Shown: one piece after another, positions 17,022-25,735 of the stretch
Layout: each line of letters opens with the position of its first letter
Position numbering within the stretch: the first letter of the stretch is position 1
From: Candidatus Saccharimonadia bacterium
GTDB taxonomy: Bacteria; Patescibacteriota; Saccharimonadia; Saccharimonadales; JALRHH01
NCBI GenBank assembly: GCA_023253175.1
Contig: JALRHH010000002.1
Location: 128,199 to 192,198, forward strand
DNA length: 64,000 nucleotides
Direction of reading: 5' to 3'
The notes under the pieces: generated by a model
The model's database searches: none
What the model was told of the DNA's origin: nothing
Seen by the model: only the letters and a program-made list of their open reading frames with translations
Program-made: the position numbers and the translations under genes

Positions 17022-17279
17022 ATGGCACAAAGTATTAAACGTAGGACTGACTTTCTGGAGTCCCAGGCAGGGATTGAGGCAAGAGAAATATTAGAGCAAA
17101 TGGTATCTGATAGCTCATACAACACTGCATCAACGTATAGTTCCAATGCAGACCTCTACCCCGACAATCTGATGCCATTCATTGATAAACACATGGATTA
17201 CATGTGTACCCACACCGAATTAAACCCGCGCCTCTATCTGTCAAACCTCAGACTTATGTCACGAAGCAGGAACGGCTAA
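17022..17279 (+). CDS. Hypothetical protein (85 aa)
   Basis: ORF only, with no recognisable motif. It lies upstream of the ABC-2 transporter pair. Confidence 0.45.
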   Translation: MAQSIKRRTDFLESQAGIEAREILEQMVSDSSYNTASTYSSNADLYPDNLMPFIDKHMDYMCTHTELNPRLYLSNLRLMSRSRNG

Positions 17280-17345
17280 GGCCGGATCTAGAGGCTTATA
17301 GTTAGGTTTTTCATTCCTATTACGTTTATCTGATACCATACATAT

Positions 17346-18236
17346 ATGGACAAGCAGAGCACTTTACTAGAAGTTACCAACCTGACGAAAGACTTTGGAA
17401 ATAGTAAGGGTATTTTTGACGTAAACTTCTCTGCTGGACCCGGCGAGATCATCGGATTTGTTGGACCAAATGGTGCCGGCAAAAGCACCACTATCAATAT
17501 CCTAACGGGCCTTATAAGCGCTGATTCCGGTAATGTGGAAATTCTTAATACATCAGTCACCCCTACTTCGGCACATCAACTCATGAAACAGCTCGGCATC
17601 ATGTATTCTGAATCTACGCTTGATGAATCAAAGACCGCCGCACAAGTATTCAAAGATACTGAAAGACTGATCGGCAAAGATTGTTCCGAGGCCTGGCAAT
17701 CCATAGCAAAACAGTTCGAGCTGGACATTACAAAACGTATTAAAAAATTGAGCCTTGGCAATAAAAAGAAGGTTGCCGCAATCCGGGCATTGATGCACAA
17801 ACCGGAACTGATCATCATGGATGAGCCAACCTCTGGGCTGGACCCGATTATTAAAGACGGGTTCATGAATATGCTCCGTAGTGCCGCTAATCAGGGCGCA
17901 ACCGTGCTACTTTCCTCCCACGATCTCTCAGAAGTACAACATATCTGTACACGAATCATCATGATAAAGAATGGCAAGATTATTATCGATGATACAACAA
18001 GTGATATTCTCGGCAAGCTGCAGCGCCGATTCAGGCTTATTAAACCAGACAAGGCGCTGGTTGACGCAATTACAAAACAGACAGGTGCCGAAGACGTACA
18101 GACCAGTGACGATCAATTAATCATTCACACGAGTGAATACCAAAAAGTTATAGAAATCATGGAAAAGGCAAAATTCTATGACTATTTTATTGAGCAGCCA
18201 TCACTGGAAGATGCCTTTAAGGAGAAATATGTTTAG
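17346..18236 (+). CDS. ABC transporter ATP-binding protein (ABC-2 subfamily)
   Basis: Walker A GPNGAGKST, signature LSLGNKKKVA, Walker B LIIMDEPTSGLD. Confidence 0.9.
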   Translation: MDKQSTLLEVTNLTKDFGNSKGIFDVNFSAGPGEIIGFVGPNGAGKSTTINILTGLISADSGNVEILNTSVTPTSAHQLMKQLGIMYSESTLDESKTAAQVFKDTERLIGKDCSEAWQSIAKQFELDITKRIKKLSLGNKKKVAAIRALMHKPELIIMDEPTSGLDPIIKDGFMNMLRSAANQGATVLLSSHDLSEVQHICTRIIMIKNGKIIIDDTTSDILGKLQRRFRLIKPDKALVDAITKQTGAEDVQTSDDQLIIHTSEYQKVIEIMEKAKFYDYFIEQPSLEDAFKEKYV

Positions 18237-19044
18237 TATCCGACTATTATTACAAGAACTCCGCGCCAGGCGGCGACTACTGATCACCTGGAGCATCATC
18301 TGGTCGCTACTGTTGGTATTTTTCACCAGCGTCTTTAATTCCTTTAGCAAGGATGCAGCCCAGAACGCACAGCTCTTCGAACAGCTACCAAAAGGATTCT
18401 TTGACGCACTCAATATCAACCCGTCACTGTATTTGTCGCAAATTGAACAGTTTATATCAGGACAATTCTTATTCGTATACTTACTAGCCGGCTGTATCTT
18501 TGCATTTAGCATGGGCGTTGGAGCCATCGGTAAACGCGTAGACAACCGCACCATCGCACTGCTCCTGACATCACCGCTATCACGGGGCAAAATATACATG
18601 ACGCAGCTTGTCGCCAACCTACTCTTCTTTGTAGTTAGCGGTACACTCCTTTGCGTCGTTTCTCTACTCGCCATGAATAACCTTTTAAGCCATCAGGAAG
18701 TCGTATCAATGGCCTATTTTGTGTGCCTATTTGCAGGCTCTAGCCTGCTGTTCAGCACTTTTAGCGCGCTTGGGCAGCTTATAGGTCTGCTTACCAACGG
18801 AGAACACGCCACGCAGATTGGTGCAGGCATCGTGGTGGTCAGCTGGTTTACAACAAGCCTAGGAAACCTGGTAAACATTCCAGCAGTATTGCAGCATCTG
18901 TCACTCTTTCAGTATTTTGATACGACCTTATTACGAGACAACTTCACATTAAGCACGAGCGGCAGCATAGTGCTATTTTCTGTAATTATTGCCCTGGCAG
19001 TGGCTGGCACGATTGCATTCCGAAGGAAAAATATATACTTATAG
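18229..19044 (+). CDS. ABC-2 type transporter permease
   Basis: Six-TM hydrophobic protein. Start ATG 18229 overlaps the ATPase stop by 8 nt. The track start 18178 lies inside the ATPase gene. Confidence 0.75.
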   Translation: MFSIRLLLQELRARRRLLITWSIIWSLLLVFFTSVFNSFSKDAAQNAQLFEQLPKGFFDALNINPSLYLSQIEQFISGQFLFVYLLAGCIFAFSMGVGAIGKRVDNRTIALLLTSPLSRGKIYMTQLVANLLFFVVSGTLLCVVSLLAMNNLLSHQEVVSMAYFVCLFAGSSLLFSTFSALGQLIGLLTNGEHATQIGAGIVVVSWFTTSLGNLVNIPAVLQHLSLFQYFDTTLLRDNFTLSTSGSIVLFSVIIALAVAGTIAFRRKNIYL

Positions 19045-19049
19045 GTCAT

Positions 19050-19676
19050 ATGAAGATTATTGTTTTTGGGGCAAATGGTAGGGTTGGCAGCTTAGTAGTT
19101 AAACGTTGTCTTGAGCAAGGCCATAACGTCACCGCATTTGTACGCGGTAACCATACATTTCAATCCAGTCCCAATCTATCAATTGTGCAAGGTGACATAT
19201 ACGACTCGTCATCAATTGAAAGCGCCATACCTGGTCACAATGCAGTAATAAGTTGCCTAGGCAGTTGGGGCACACCAAAGAAAGACATCCTTGCTACGGC
19301 AATGCGAACCATTGTGCCGACAATGGAAGCGCATGGCGTACAAAGGCTCGTATCTTTAACTGGTAGCGATGCAAGAGCATCGGGTGATACCATTGATCTG
19401 ATCAATAGAATCACGCACCCTATCTTTTCACTACTTGCACCTAAAATCATGCGTGACGGCGAAGAACATATACAGATAATCAGCAAGAGTAATCTCTCTT
19501 GGACCGTTTTGCGGTCGCCAGTCATGAATGATAAAGGACGCACCATGTACAAACTACGAGACCGGCGACCAAAGCCGTGGCACACGATTAATCGAAATGC
19601 CGTTGCTCATGCGCTCGTTGACCTAGCAGCAACGAATGACCATCTGAAATCTTCGCCCTACATATATAGGGACTAG
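19050..19676 (+). CDS. NAD(P)H-binding oxidoreductase (atypical SDR / NmrA-like)
   Basis: N-terminal Rossmann motif MKIIVFGANGRVGSLVV. Confidence 0.8.
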   Translation: MKIIVFGANGRVGSLVVKRCLEQGHNVTAFVRGNHTFQSSPNLSIVQGDIYDSSSIESAIPGHNAVISCLGSWGTPKKDILATAMRTIVPTMEAHGVQRLVSLTGSDARASGDTIDLINRITHPIFSLLAPKIMRDGEEHIQIISKSNLSWTVLRSPVMNDKGRTMYKLRDRRPKPWHTINRNAVAHALVDLAATNDHLKSSPYIYRD

Positions 19677-19921
19677 ATATTCAGAGCTTGCTTGAACTTT
19701 GCTTGATCAAATCCCATGATTTTTGTCTGCGTCCCGTCATCGGCCGTTATGACCGTAAAAGGCACACCAATCATGCCGTCATTTACTGACATAAATTCAT
19801 CCATAGCCGGTTCGTCAACATCTGTATTCTTCTTGACGAAAGGCACCTGATTTTTATCCAACCAGTTCGTTACAAGGTGACATGTTGCACAGGTTGTTGT
19901 TGAGTAAATTGTTACGTTCAT
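19673..19921 (-). CDS. Glutaredoxin-like protein (NrdH/thioredoxin fold)
   Basis: 82 aa with VTIYSTTTCATCHLV, a CxxC after beta-1. Confidence 0.75.
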   Translation of the reverse strand: MNVTIYSTTTCATCHLVTNWLDKNQVPFVKKNTDVDEPAMDEFMSVNDGMIGVPFTVITADDGTQTKIMGFDQAKFKQALNI

Positions 19922-19931
19922 AGTTTCTCCT

Positions 19932-21632
19932 TTAACTTCCGAATGTAAATGCGTTTAGTTCGACGCCGTTTGGAACCCTAAGCTCCAGTATGCCGCCCTC
20001 TTTGAATGAATCGTATTTGACGATCCGGTACAGGCGATATTCGCCGACCATGACATTGCTCTGCTTAACATCATCACCGCCAACGCCATCCATACTTATT
20101 GGTTGATTGTTCAACTGAACAGCTACCTTCGCTGGGTCCATTGAACCCATTACTACATACGCTTCTTTGGCTGAAATATTAAACCGAAGGATACTATCGC
20201 CGCGCGCAATAATCTTTTTATCCTGTACCTCCCATGTGCCGCCAAGTGTCCAGTGATTCTTGGTCAGATTATCGGCTGCCGTGAAGGTCTGCGTTTTTAC
20301 TGCACCCAGTGCTTTGTCGTTCTGGAAGTTACTTGCCCTGGTAAGGCCGAGGTAGGTTTCGGGCGTTTGGCGATTTGTGACCGGGACATTACTTGAGCCA
20401 CTGGTTGTATTCACCCCCTTTAGATTTGTACCCTTTTCTTCAAGTAGCAACCTAATTGCCTGTTCGGTCTTGTCGTACTCGCCTTCACCTTCGTGAATAC
20501 GACGTACCTTCCCTTCTGCGTCAATCAAGTATCCAGCCGGCCAAGACCTATTCTGGAAAGCAGCCCAGGTAGAAAAATCATTATCAAGTGCAACTGGGTA
20601 CGGAATCTTTTGGTCTTTTACGGCCTTTTGCACGTTGCTAGCGTTTTTCTCAAAAGCAAACTCTGGTGCATGGACTCCGACGATCACAAACCCTTTGTCT
20701 TTATAGGTGTTATACCACTCAATAAGATACGGATTATTTCGGATGCAGTTTATGCAGCTGTACGTCCAAAAATCGACTAGTACAACTTTGCCCTTAAGAT
20801 CATCTTTTGTTAGTGGCTTACCATTAATCCAGTCTGTCAGTCCTGTAAATTCGGGGGCTGCATATGGATCAGACACATTCAAAACTTCACTATTAGTTTC
20901 CCTGCCGGACGGCAGTAATTTACTACTAAGGCTATCGAAATTAAACGGTGTATGAGTGGATACCCAAGTTTGGAATCTTTTGTCATACCCAGTGATGATG
21001 AAAATACCCACCACAATAAACAATATCGCAATTGCCCGTTGGAACTTACCCTTAGGATCGCTGGCAAACCGAATCTTTGATACAAACCGCTGACCATAGT
21101 AACCGATAAGCAATAACACCAAACTTAGGCCCAGAATATAAAAGACAATGTAGGCCATAGCCTGCCCAAAATTAACTGGCAAAACTGTCGCAAGAATATA
21201 TGCATACACGGGGCTGCAACTAGAAAATACCGGGCCAAGTGCTGCACCAATTATGATTGGACCGAGGTATTTGCGCTGATCTTTATAACCTTTACTGAGC
21301 GTAGTTTGTGCACGCTGTTCAATACCAAGTCTCGCAATGATCCTGGCATACACTGAGGGGAACAGCGTGAGCAGACCAAGCCCAATAATGATGACGCCAG
21401 ATGCATAGGTAAATGTGAGTGGAGAAACATCAATGAAAAGTGTTGTTGCCTTTAATGCCAGTGTGAAAATAAATAATGAGACAGCTAATGATAGCGCGAT
21501 TATTATTGGACGTTTCTTGTCCTTAACATCTCCACTTACCGAACCTCCGATAATGATAGGCAATAGCGCCAGCACACAAGGTGCTAAAACAGTTAGCACA
21601 CCCGCGATAAATGAACCGAATAATAGCAACAT
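19932..21632 (-). CDS. DipZ-like fusion: CcdA/DsbD membrane thiol-electron transporter + TlpA-like thioredoxin + C-terminal beta domain
   Basis: TM cysteines (LAPCVLALLP and SSCSPVYAY), thioredoxin motif FWTYSCINCIRNNPYL, 566 aa. Confidence 0.85.
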   Translation of the reverse strand: MLLLFGSFIAGVLTVLAPCVLALLPIIIGGSVSGDVKDKKRPIIIALSLAVSLFIFTLALKATTLFIDVSPLTFTYASGVIIIGLGLLTLFPSVYARIIARLGIEQRAQTTLSKGYKDQRKYLGPIIIGAALGPVFSSCSPVYAYILATVLPVNFGQAMAYIVFYILGLSLVLLLIGYYGQRFVSKIRFASDPKGKFQRAIAILFIVVGIFIITGYDKRFQTWVSTHTPFNFDSLSSKLLPSGRETNSEVLNVSDPYAAPEFTGLTDWINGKPLTKDDLKGKVVLVDFWTYSCINCIRNNPYLIEWYNTYKDKGFVIVGVHAPEFAFEKNASNVQKAVKDQKIPYPVALDNDFSTWAAFQNRSWPAGYLIDAEGKVRRIHEGEGEYDKTEQAIRLLLEEKGTNLKGVNTTSGSSNVPVTNRQTPETYLGLTRASNFQNDKALGAVKTQTFTAADNLTKNHWTLGGTWEVQDKKIIARGDSILRFNISAKEAYVVMGSMDPAKVAVQLNNQPISMDGVGGDDVKQSNVMVGEYRLYRIVKYDSFKEGGILELRVPNGVELNAFTFGS

Positions 21633-21650
21633 TTGTTTCCTTACTAGCTA

Positions 21651-21684
21651 TTATTGGCCGCGCTAGTGAGGGCGCGGCCAATAA
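21651..21684 (-). other. Strong intergenic hairpin between the fasciclin gene and dipZ-like gene
   Basis: Perfect 13-bp stem TTATTGGCCGCGC (21651-21663) / GCGCGGCCAATAA (21672-21684), 8-nt loop, no U-tract. Confidence 0.5.
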
Positions 21685-21697
21685 ATATCTGGGTATT

Positions 21698-22333
21698 TTA
21701 TAGAGTAGATGGGTCTACTGGGAGTAATACGTTCTTGATCACATGGGTCACACCGTTGCTTGAGATAACATCTGCTGTCTCGATTTCAACTTGCTGACCA
21801 GCTACATCAGTAATGTAAACTTTGTTGTCCTTGACGACGAATCCAAGTTCAGCACCCTGTACGGTCTTAACTTTTTCGCCCTTTGCAGCCATTGCACGAA
21901 GATCTGCAGTTGTGTAAGTACCAGGAACAACGTGGTATGTAAGTACCGTTGTTAGGAGATCGTTGCTGCCTGCAACCTTATCAAGTGTTGCCTTTGGTAC
22001 TGCTTCAAACGCAGCGTTATTTGGACCAAATACCGTGAATGGACCTGTGCCCTTAAGCGTCTCAACAAGGTTCGCCTTCTTAACAAGATCAACGACCGTT
22101 GTGACGTTCTTTGCGTTAGCTGCGTTATCGACGATATCAAGATTAGAAACCATCTTTGCGCCGCCAACAGTTACACCGTCACCGCTCATTGATGTATCGC
22201 TTTTCATGCTCGTTTCAGAAGACTTAGAGTCATCTGATTTGTTGTTACCGGCAGCGTAACCAATACCACCACCGAGTAGCACGCCAACTACTAATGTAAT
22301 GATTACTGCGCCCATTTTATGTGAGTCTGCCAT
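21698..22333 (-). CDS. Fasciclin (FAS1) domain protein, membrane anchored
   Basis: FAS1 H1/H2 motifs TVFGPNNAAFEAVP and VLTYHVVPG. Start placed at MADSHK (22333), with SD AAGGAGG just upstream. Confidence 0.85.
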   Translation of the reverse strand: MADSHKMGAVIITLVVGVLLGGGIGYAAGNNKSDDSKSSETSMKSDTSMSGDGVTVGGAKMVSNLDIVDNAANAKNVTTVVDLVKKANLVETLKGTGPFTVFGPNNAAFEAVPKATLDKVAGSNDLLTTVLTYHVVPGTYTTADLRAMAAKGEKVKTVQGAELGFVVKDNKVYITDVAGQQVEIETADVISSNGVTHVIKNVLLPVDPSTL

Positions 22334-22367
22334 ATATCCTCCTTGCAACCTTTGCTGCATTAATTAG

Positions 22368-22402
22368 GTTTACTTGACTCAGTAAACTATATTTGATAGT
22401 AT
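22368..22402 (+). promoter_or_regulatory. Promoter/operator of the MarR-like gene
   Basis: TTGACT (22374-22379), 17 nt, TAGTAT (22397-22402). A 7-bp inverted repeat GTTTACT/AGTAAAC (22368-22387) overlaps the -35. The ATG lies only 10 nt after the -10. Confidence 0.4.
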
Positions 22403-22412
22403 AATAGCTGTA

Positions 22413-22883
22413 ATGAGTGTGTCAAATGGAAAATTTCACAATGTGAATTCCCTCAGTGAGCTACAAACGTATCACGTGGGGGTTATTGAAGCTGCTGCAC
22501 ACAGGGCCCTCAGGCAGCATAAAGATTCCCTACTCAAGGGTTACGACTTAACAGGTGTAGAATGGTATATTATCGGTACCGTTGCCGATGCCGGTACTTC
22601 TGGAATCCGTACCACCGATCTTGCGAATATACTGGGCACCACACTGGGATTTCTAACGAAGACGATTGCCCTACTCGAAGCAAAAGATTACCTCTTTAAA
22701 AAAGCGAATGCCGAAGATGCGCGGTCAAGCTTCATTTGTTTCAACGAAAAGAAACGTAAAGTCATCGATGAAATAGAAATTGCACTGCGCGTTAAGCTTC
22801 GAGAATCTATTTACGATCAAGTTTCGCCCGAAGAGCTCATGACATACATAAAAGTCATGCAAAAGTTCTCTCAAATCAAATAA
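22413..22883 (+). CDS. MarR-like winged-helix transcriptional regulator
   Basis: Size and the pattern LTGVEWYIIGTVADAG..IRTTDLANILGTTLGFLTKTIALLEAKDYL. Confidence 0.7.
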   Translation: MSVSNGKFHNVNSLSELQTYHVGVIEAAAHRALRQHKDSLLKGYDLTGVEWYIIGTVADAGTSGIRTTDLANILGTTLGFLTKTIALLEAKDYLFKKANAEDARSSFICFNEKKRKVIDEIEIALRVKLRESIYDQVSPEELMTYIKVMQKFSQIK

Positions 22884-22905
22884 TTCTGTTTTAAGACAGT
22901 TATTG

Positions 22906-23340
22906 CTACATAGCCTTAGATCGGGTACATAGTTGGCAGTAGCCTTCTATTTCGAACAAGTGTCCCTTCACGGCAAAATCGTGCTTCCCAGCCACGCTAG
23001 TAATAAAATCTTCGATATGTTGCTCGTCCTCGATATCAGTAACCGAGCCGCACGATAGACATACCAAGTGATGGTGGTGATCAGTAAAAATATCTGACAG
23101 CTCTACTTTATATTTCCAGCCAATATAGACCTTCCGGGCGATACCGAGTGACTCAAACAGTTCGATATTGCGGTAAATACTCACTCGATCAACATCACCG
23201 GAAGCGCGCGAGATAAGCTGATTCATTGACTGCGGTTCACTGCCGAGCAGCAACTCGAAAGTCTTCAGCCGCGCCTTCGTAAGGCTTTGCTTATTATCAG
23301 ATAAAATCTGTTTAAATTTCTGTAGTTTATCTTGTGACAT
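22906..23340 (-). CDS. Fur family metalloregulator (Fur/Zur/PerR)
   Basis: DNA-binding helix plus HHHHLVCLSCG...CQLC metal sites. Start moved to MSQDKL (23340) so that the palindrome at 23355-23379 is upstream. Confidence 0.8.
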   Translation of the reverse strand: MSQDKLQKFKQILSDNKQSLTKARLKTFELLLGSEPQSMNQLISRASGDVDRVSIYRNIELFESLGIARKVYIGWKYKVELSDIFTDHHHHLVCLSCGSVTDIEDEQHIEDFITSVAGKHDFAVKGHLFEIEGYCQLCTRSKAM

Positions 23341-23354
23341 GACGCCAGTATCAT

Positions 23355-23379
23355 ATATATGCAACAAAATTGCAAATAT
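23355..23379. promoter_or_regulatory. Candidate Fur-type operator
   Basis: ATATATGCAA-caaaa-TTGCAAATAT, with 9 of 10 arm positions complementary. It lies in the divergent intergenic region. Confidence 0.4.
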
Positions 23380-23424
23380 ACTCACTCTATGCCAGCAAAG
23401 CTAATCTGAGTTATACTATCTGTA

Positions 23425-23670
23425 ATGACAGGTGAGTTTGCACATCAACCAGAAATAGACCCGGAACTACTCGAAGACGCACAAGCGGTTTTGGACGATG
23501 CCGGAGTTGGGCACCTTGCAAATGTACTGATCAACAAGGGCGGTGAAACGAGCACTGTACTACATGGCCTGGCAGAGCGAATTGACAGGATTGAGGAAGC
23601 CGGCATGACAAGTAGACAAGTAGGCCAGTATGTTGAAGATCTTGTTGAAAAGTTCCGCGCCGAATCTTAG
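23425..23670 (+). CDS. Hypothetical acidic protein (81 aa)
   Basis: ORF only. TATACT lies 7 nt before the ATG, a leaderless-type arrangement. Confidence 0.4.
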   Translation: MTGEFAHQPEIDPELLEDAQAVLDDAGVGHLANVLINKGGETSTVLHGLAERIDRIEEAGMTSRQVGQYVEDLVEKFRAES

Positions 23671-25043
23671 GCAGGAGCGTATCTTTTGCTCAAAAGCGCA
23701 AGTAAGTAGCGGCTCGCTTTCTCTTTGATCGGCAACTGGGATTGGGGCTTGTGGTGGAAAAACTTAAATTCATGTGTCCCCAACAGGTTAAACGACTCTC
23801 GTTGATCTATTACTTCGTCTACCGCTAAGATCAGCTCACTTACTTTTACTTCAATTATCGTCAAAAACTCTGCACGCATTTCTTCGGGCAATTCCCTTAC
23901 TAAATGCTCCACGATCGGTGTAATTTCCTCCATGACAGTTGCCTGATCATGACCCCGACCCATGATCTCAACTATAGTTTCATTTAGCTTAGATACAGCA
24001 TCCATAATCACCTGCGTTTCGTGGGGTATACTCTCAACATAAGGCAACAATACATCTTGGAGAACAGTCGTTTCTTCTTTTGGCCGCTGTTCATCTGGTC
24101 CTAAGATTTCATTTATAGACCTTGCGGAAATCTCTGACTCGGGCAGCATATTGCTATCAACAGATATGACCTCTACAGGAGAGTCCTTACGTGGCGCCAC
24201 ATTACTTGCAGTTTCCGTGGTTATGTCTGACACCAACTCCTCGGTATGCTGCGGAGCATTCACCTGGGGTTGAGCTCTGTCTGAAAGTTCGAGAAAATCT
24301 TGCTCTGTCGGTAACGTGCGTTCGATAGACGATGCCTCATTACTAGGTTCCACGTGTATGGTCATCGCCGGAGCTAATGCGTCCACCAACTTTTCATCTA
24401 TATGGCGAACAGGCGGTAATTTTAGCTCATGAGAAGTACTGCCACCTTGGAGTCCATAATCTTTGTTTTTGCTGCCTTTCGTGGCTACTTCTTCCTGTAC
24501 ATCCAAGGGTTTCGATACGGACAGTTCCAAAGCTAGGGTCACTTTTCCACTAGATTCCTGTTCTACGGGCGTAGATACTGTCTGCATTTCTAGAAGGGCT
24601 CGATCTGTCTTGGGCTCAAAAACATTTCGGGCAGCCTCCAGAACACGGCCTTCAGCAAGACTAGCCGCGGGTGTCGGCTCTGGTCGTGCTTCCCCTAACT
24701 GGGCACGCATACGACGACGCTCTTCGCGGATCTCCTTAACCGAACGACCTTCTTGGATCGTCGGCACACCCCCAATCTCCACATGTTGTCCGACACCAAG
24801 CTTACCCATGAGAAATGGGCACTTGCTTGGGTCACCCTTCATGGCGTGCGCTTCAATCCCACCGTCAGCTACAACCCGTTCGAGTACATCACTTGTCTCC
24901 TGCGTCTGAGCTGCCTCTACCTTGCGTAGTAAAGTCTTGATCTCATCCGCAGATATGGCTTCCTGATGCGCCATAGCCTCACGAGCCTCATCAAGTTGCC
25001 TGCTATCATTTGCTTGAATTTCAGCACTAACAGTATCCATCAT
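23667..25043 (-). CDS. Hypothetical highly acidic protein (458 aa)
   Basis: Long ORF rich in E/D/P/S/T with no recognisable motif. Start placed at MMDTV (25043) to clear the upstream ftsB-like stop. Confidence 0.55.
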   Translation of the reverse strand: MMDTVSAEIQANDSRQLDEAREAMAHQEAISADEIKTLLRKVEAAQTQETSDVLERVVADGGIEAHAMKGDPSKCPFLMGKLGVGQHVEIGGVPTIQEGRSVKEIREERRRMRAQLGEARPEPTPAASLAEGRVLEAARNVFEPKTDRALLEMQTVSTPVEQESSGKVTLALELSVSKPLDVQEEVATKGSKNKDYGLQGGSTSHELKLPPVRHIDEKLVDALAPAMTIHVEPSNEASSIERTLPTEQDFLELSDRAQPQVNAPQHTEELVSDITTETASNVAPRKDSPVEVISVDSNMLPESEISARSINEILGPDEQRPKEETTVLQDVLLPYVESIPHETQVIMDAVSKLNETIVEIMGRGHDQATVMEEITPIVEHLVRELPEEMRAEFLTIIEVKVSELILAVDEVIDQRESFNLLGTHEFKFFHHKPQSQLPIKEKASRYLLALLSKRYAPA

Positions 25044-25069
25044 TACTCTTATGGTAACAGAATACGGCG

Positions 25070-25519
25070 CTACTCTGAACGGTGAGTAAAGAAATCCACC
25101 CAAGCTTCGATATTTTTCTGGATGAATGGTTTTTTCAAGGTTGGAGTGGCTGTTTCGGCCACCACTTCTTTTGGAATTTCTGGCGCGTATTTCAGTGCTA
25201 CGCTTTCGGGTACAAGCAGCAGCTTCTCACCCGGCTGTCCTTTTCCAAACTGGCGGCGCGCCGTTAGCTCCAAGTATTGATCAGTATTGTAGTAGTCATT
25301 TTGAAGTTTCAGATTATTGTTTTCAAGCTGGCGGACCTGATTTTCTTGCTCTAGTTTTGAGACCTGTTTCTGCAGTTCGTAGTTAGTTTCAATGACTGAA
25401 ATACCACTCCATGTGACCAGTAGCACGAGTACGCCAAACACCACAAATCCCGTGAAACGTACGTCCCGGAATTGCTGCACGAATGCGTGATTATAGTATT
25501 TTTGTATTTTTTCTAGCAT
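25070..25519 (-). CDS. Septum formation initiator, FtsB/DivIC family
   Basis: N-terminal TM followed by a leucine-zipper coiled coil (LQKQVSKLEQENQVRQLENNNLKLQNDY), then YLELTARRQFG. Confidence 0.75.
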   Translation of the reverse strand: MLEKIQKYYNHAFVQQFRDVRFTGFVVFGVLVLLVTWSGISVIETNYELQKQVSKLEQENQVRQLENNNLKLQNDYYNTDQYLELTARRQFGKGQPGEKLLLVPESVALKYAPEIPKEVVAETATPTLKKPFIQKNIEAWVDFFTHRSE

Positions 25520-25590
25520 GGACTATCGTTCATTATACATGAAATGGTATACTCACATCTGTTACCCAGAGAGAGTACACATCACACCAT

Positions 25591-25666
25591 GGGGGTGTAG
25601 CTCAGGGGTTAGAGCAGTCGGCTCATAACCGATTGGTCGCTGGTTCGAACCCAGCCACCCCCACCA
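25591..25666 (+). tRNA. tRNA with CAT anticodon (elongator Met or Ile2), CCA encoded
   Basis: Acceptor GGGGGTG/CACCCCC, D arm GCTC-AGGGGTTA-GAGC, anticodon arm GTCGG-CTCATAA-CCGAT, T arm GCTGG-TTCGAAC-CCAGC. Confidence 0.9.
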
Positions 25667-25735
25667 AAAAATCTTTTGCTCATAACTCATTAGTTATCGA
25701 TCAAGTAAGTATCGCCAATACTATCAATTTTTATT

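Noticed and set aside
18201-18674. 157-aa reverse ORF inside the ABC-2 permease gene
   Set aside because: It is an antisense shadow frame. The permease frame is supported by start/stop coupling with the ATPase.
24463-24909. 148-aa forward ORF antisense to the acidic 458-aa gene
   Set aside because: Neither frame has motifs. The reverse frame is three times longer and is positioned as an operon partner of the ftsB-like gene. The forward frame is Ser/Arg/Pro-rich, as expected for the mirror of a Glu/Asp-rich frame.
25667-25735. GCTCATAAC 9-mer downstream of the third tRNA as another tRNA-derived fragment
   Set aside because: Only 9 nt match the anticodon loop region and there is no flanking similarity, so the match is within chance expectation.
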